This document shows positions 6,654 through 8,036 of a DNA stretch of 8,036 bases, piece by piece (the first letter of the stretch is position 1; each line of letters starts with the position of its first letter). Position numbers and translations under genes: made by a program. The DNA is from a virus (taxonomy: Duplodnaviria; Heunggongvirae; Uroviricota; Caudoviricetes). The notes below the pieces were generated by a model. It was given only the letters and a program-made list of their open reading frames with translations, had not been told where the DNA came from and made no database searches. The stretch is taken from IMG/VR virus record IMGVR_UViG_2703718851_000009; one strand, 5' to 3'.

Positions 6654-7242
6654 ATCGATTAACAGAAACCACAGAACGATGAGGCTAACCGTGGGTAAGC
6701 ATCACTGGAAAGTAGAAAAACAGCCTGAGTGGTACGTGAAAGCTGTCAGAAAAACTATCGCAAAGTTGCCGGGTGGTTACGCTGAAGCAGCTGACTGGCT
6801 GGATGTAACAGAGAACGCATTATTTAACCGCCTTCGTGCCGATGGCGATCAGATTTTCCCGCTGGGATGGGCAATGATTTTGCAACGTGCTGGTGGAACT
6901 CACTTCATTGCTGACGCAGTGGCGCAGTCTGCAAATGGCGTCTTTGTGTCTCTTCCTGACGTCGAGGATGTGGACAACGCCGATATCAACCAACGCCTGC
7001 TGGAAGTCATTGAACAGATCGGCAGTTATTCAAAACAGATTCGTTCAGCAATTGAAGACGGTGTAGTGGAACCGCATGAGAAGACAGCAATTAACGATGA
7101 GCTGTACCTCTCAATTTCGAAGCTGCAGGAGCATGCAGCACTGGTCTACAAAATCTTTTGCGTTTCAGAAAGTAGTGACGCCCGCGAGTGTGCAGCTCCG
7201 GGCGCCGTGGCGTGTCGTGACTGTGGAGAAACTAACGCATGA
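6646..7242 (+). CDS. CII-like / YdaT-family regulatory protein, about 198 aa
   Basis: Follows cro on the same strand. Resemblance to the YdaT family (CII functional analogue in Rac-type prophages) is recalled, not searched. The ORF-track start at 6577 overlaps cro by 77 nt; the ATG at 6646 overlaps only the cro stop. No clear Shine-Dalgarno, so the start is uncertain (alternatives 6634, 6679). Confidence 0.65.
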   Translation: MDKSINRNHRTMRLTVGKHHWKVEKQPEWYVKAVRKTIAKLPGGYAEAADWLDVTENALFNRLRADGDQIFPLGWAMILQRAGGTHFIADAVAQSANGVFVSLPDVEDVDNADINQRLLEVIEQIGSYSKQIRSAIEDGVVEPHEKTAINDELYLSISKLQEHAALVYKIFCVSESSDARECAAPGAVACRDCGETNA

Positions 7243-7577
7243 ACAGTTTAACAACACACTACCGTCGCTCGCAACTGATTGCGCTTCCTGTACCGGGTGG
7301 AAAAGCGAAGGTGGAGTATTGCTATGCAGTAAATGTACCAGGTGACAGGGAAATTGTAACCCACAGCTTTGCAGAGTGGGCTGTGGGTGATTTCAACCGG
7401 CAGAAGGAGACAGTCCTTTGCGACAAGTTAACCGCTGGTTCAAAGATCACTACGGAGTGCCCGTCAGAGTCATTCGTTGGGAGCCGGAAACACAACGTGT
7501 TATCTACCTCCGCGAAGGCTATGAGCATGAGTGCTTCAGCCCGCTCGAACAGTTTCGTCGTAAATTCAGGGAAATAG
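7239..7577 (+). CDS. Hypothetical protein, 112 aa as an intact ORF, but possibly a frame-disrupted gene (see findings)
   Basis: ATG overlaps the YdaT-like stop (ATGA). The N-terminal ~57 codons look coding. The 3' part in this frame is Ser-rich and uses rare codons (tta, tca, tct), whereas a different frame at 7391-7597 uses E. coli-preferred codons and translates to a protein-like sequence. Confidence 0.35.
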   Translation: MNSLTTHYRRSQLIALPVPGGKAKVEYCYAVNVPGDREIVTHSFAEWAVGDFNRQKETVLCDKLTAGSKITTECPSESFVGSRKHNVLSTSAKAMSMSASARSNSFVVNSGK

Positions 7578-7586
7578 AGGTCGGTC

Positions 7587-8036
7587 ATGAGCACTAAATT
7601 AACCGGCTATGTATGGGATGGTTGCGCAGCGTCAGGCATGAAATTATCCAGCGTGGCAATTATGGCCCGCCTGGCTGATTTCAGTAATGACGAAGGTGTG
7701 TGCTGGCCATCGATTGAAACCATTGCACGCCAGATTGGCGCGGGGATGAGTACCGTCAGAACGGCTATCGCACGGCTGGAAGCAGAAGGCTGGTTAACGC
7801 GTAAGGCGCGTCGCCAGGGTAACCGCAATGCGTCGAATGTTTATCAGCTTAACGTTGCGAAGCTTCAGGCAGCGGCATTTTCTCAACTGTCAGATTCTGA
7901 CCCGTCAAAATCTGACGCATCAAAATCTGACCCGTCAAAATTTGATGCGTCGAAATCTGGCAAAAAAGCGGGTTTTCACCCGTCAGAATCTGGCGGGGAT
8001 CCGTCAGTAAAATCAAAACATGATCCGTCAGATAAA
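7587..8036 (+). CDS. Replication initiator (lambda O / P22 gp18-like), 5' partial, runs off the window end
   Basis: Not in the ORF track because it has no stop inside the window. ATG at 7587 with GAGG 6 nt upstream; open for all 150 codons to 8036. Translation MSTKLTGYVWDGCAASGMKLSSVAIMARLADFSNDEGVCWPSIETIARQIGAGMSTVRTAIARLEAEGWLTRK looks like a winged-helix N-terminal domain, followed by SDPSK-type pentapeptide repeats encoded by the iterons. Confidence 0.7.
   Translation, partial: MSTKLTGYVWDGCAASGMKLSSVAIMARLADFSNDEGVCWPSIETIARQIGAGMSTVRTAIARLEAEGWLTRKARRQGNRNASNVYQLNVAKLQAAAFSQLSDSDPSKSDASKSDPSKFDASKSGKKAGFHPSESGGDPSVKSKHDPSDK
7889..8036 (+). repeat. Iteron-like tandem repeats (about 15-bp period, each with internal dyad such as TCAGAttCTGA or GTCAaaatcTGAC): putative phage origin inside the initiator gene
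   Basis: At least five consecutive ~15-bp units at 7889-7960 and three more degenerate CCGTCAGA-type copies up to 8036. Lambda ori likewise sits inside the O coding sequence. Confidence 0.6.

Noticed and set aside
7076-7345. 89-aa ORF with a CASC...CSKC zinc-finger-like motif
   Set aside because: Its first two-thirds overlap the well-coded 3' end of the YdaT-like gene in another frame. The motif is noted, but the ORF is probably not independently expressed.
7322-7828. Minus-strand ORFs 7322-7594 and 7607-7828
   Set aside because: Antisense to the plus-strand cro-cII-initiator operon; the second lies inside the confidently coding N-terminal domain of the replication initiator.
7828-8010. Plus-strand 60-aa ORF with TRQNL repeats
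   Set aside because: It is the wrong-frame reading of the iteron repeats inside the replication initiator gene.
7889-8036. CRISPR array
   Set aside because: The repeats are about 15 bp with no intervening unique spacers and lie in frame within a coding gene; this is iteron behaviour, not CRISPR.
1-8036. tRNA gene or attachment site, and a retron/RT or transposase
   Set aside because: I could not find a cloverleaf-compatible segment (no GTTCRANYC T-loop with matching acceptor stem). The int stop is at the window edge, so att lies outside. No RT-like or transposase-like ORF is present.

Overview
This window reads as the left arm and immunity region of a lambdoid (P22-like) enterobacterial prophage. 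From left to right: a tyrosine integrase whose stop codon sits at position 1-3 (so the attachment site lies outside the window), an overlapping excisionase-like gene, and a leftward early-left operon (112-aa hypothetical, PAPS-reductase-like PP-loop enzyme, HD-domain phosphohydrolase, 274-aa and 120-aa proteins resembling the E. coli CPS-53 YfdR/YfdQ/YfdP set). Next come a GC-rich, highly self-complementary ~470-bp region with no convincing ORF, then an AT-rich plus-strand gene (coiled-coil plus four-Cys motif) with its own intrinsic terminator, pointing against the early-left operon. The immunity region follows: a CI/C2-type repressor with LexA-like S24 autopeptidase domain, flanked by four 14-bp CTAAC/G-N4-CTTAG operator-like sites, then Cro-like and CII/YdaT-like regulators, a short region with an apparent frame switch, and the 5' part of an O-like replication initiator containing ~15-bp tandem iteron-like repeats. 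No rRNA, tRNA, CRISPR array or transposase was found. The best candidates for something undescribed are the orphan convergent gene with the adjacent structured noncoding island, and the PAPS-reductase-like/HD/YfdQ-like enzyme module. All calls rest on reading the sequence and ORF translations by eye; no database search or folding program was run.
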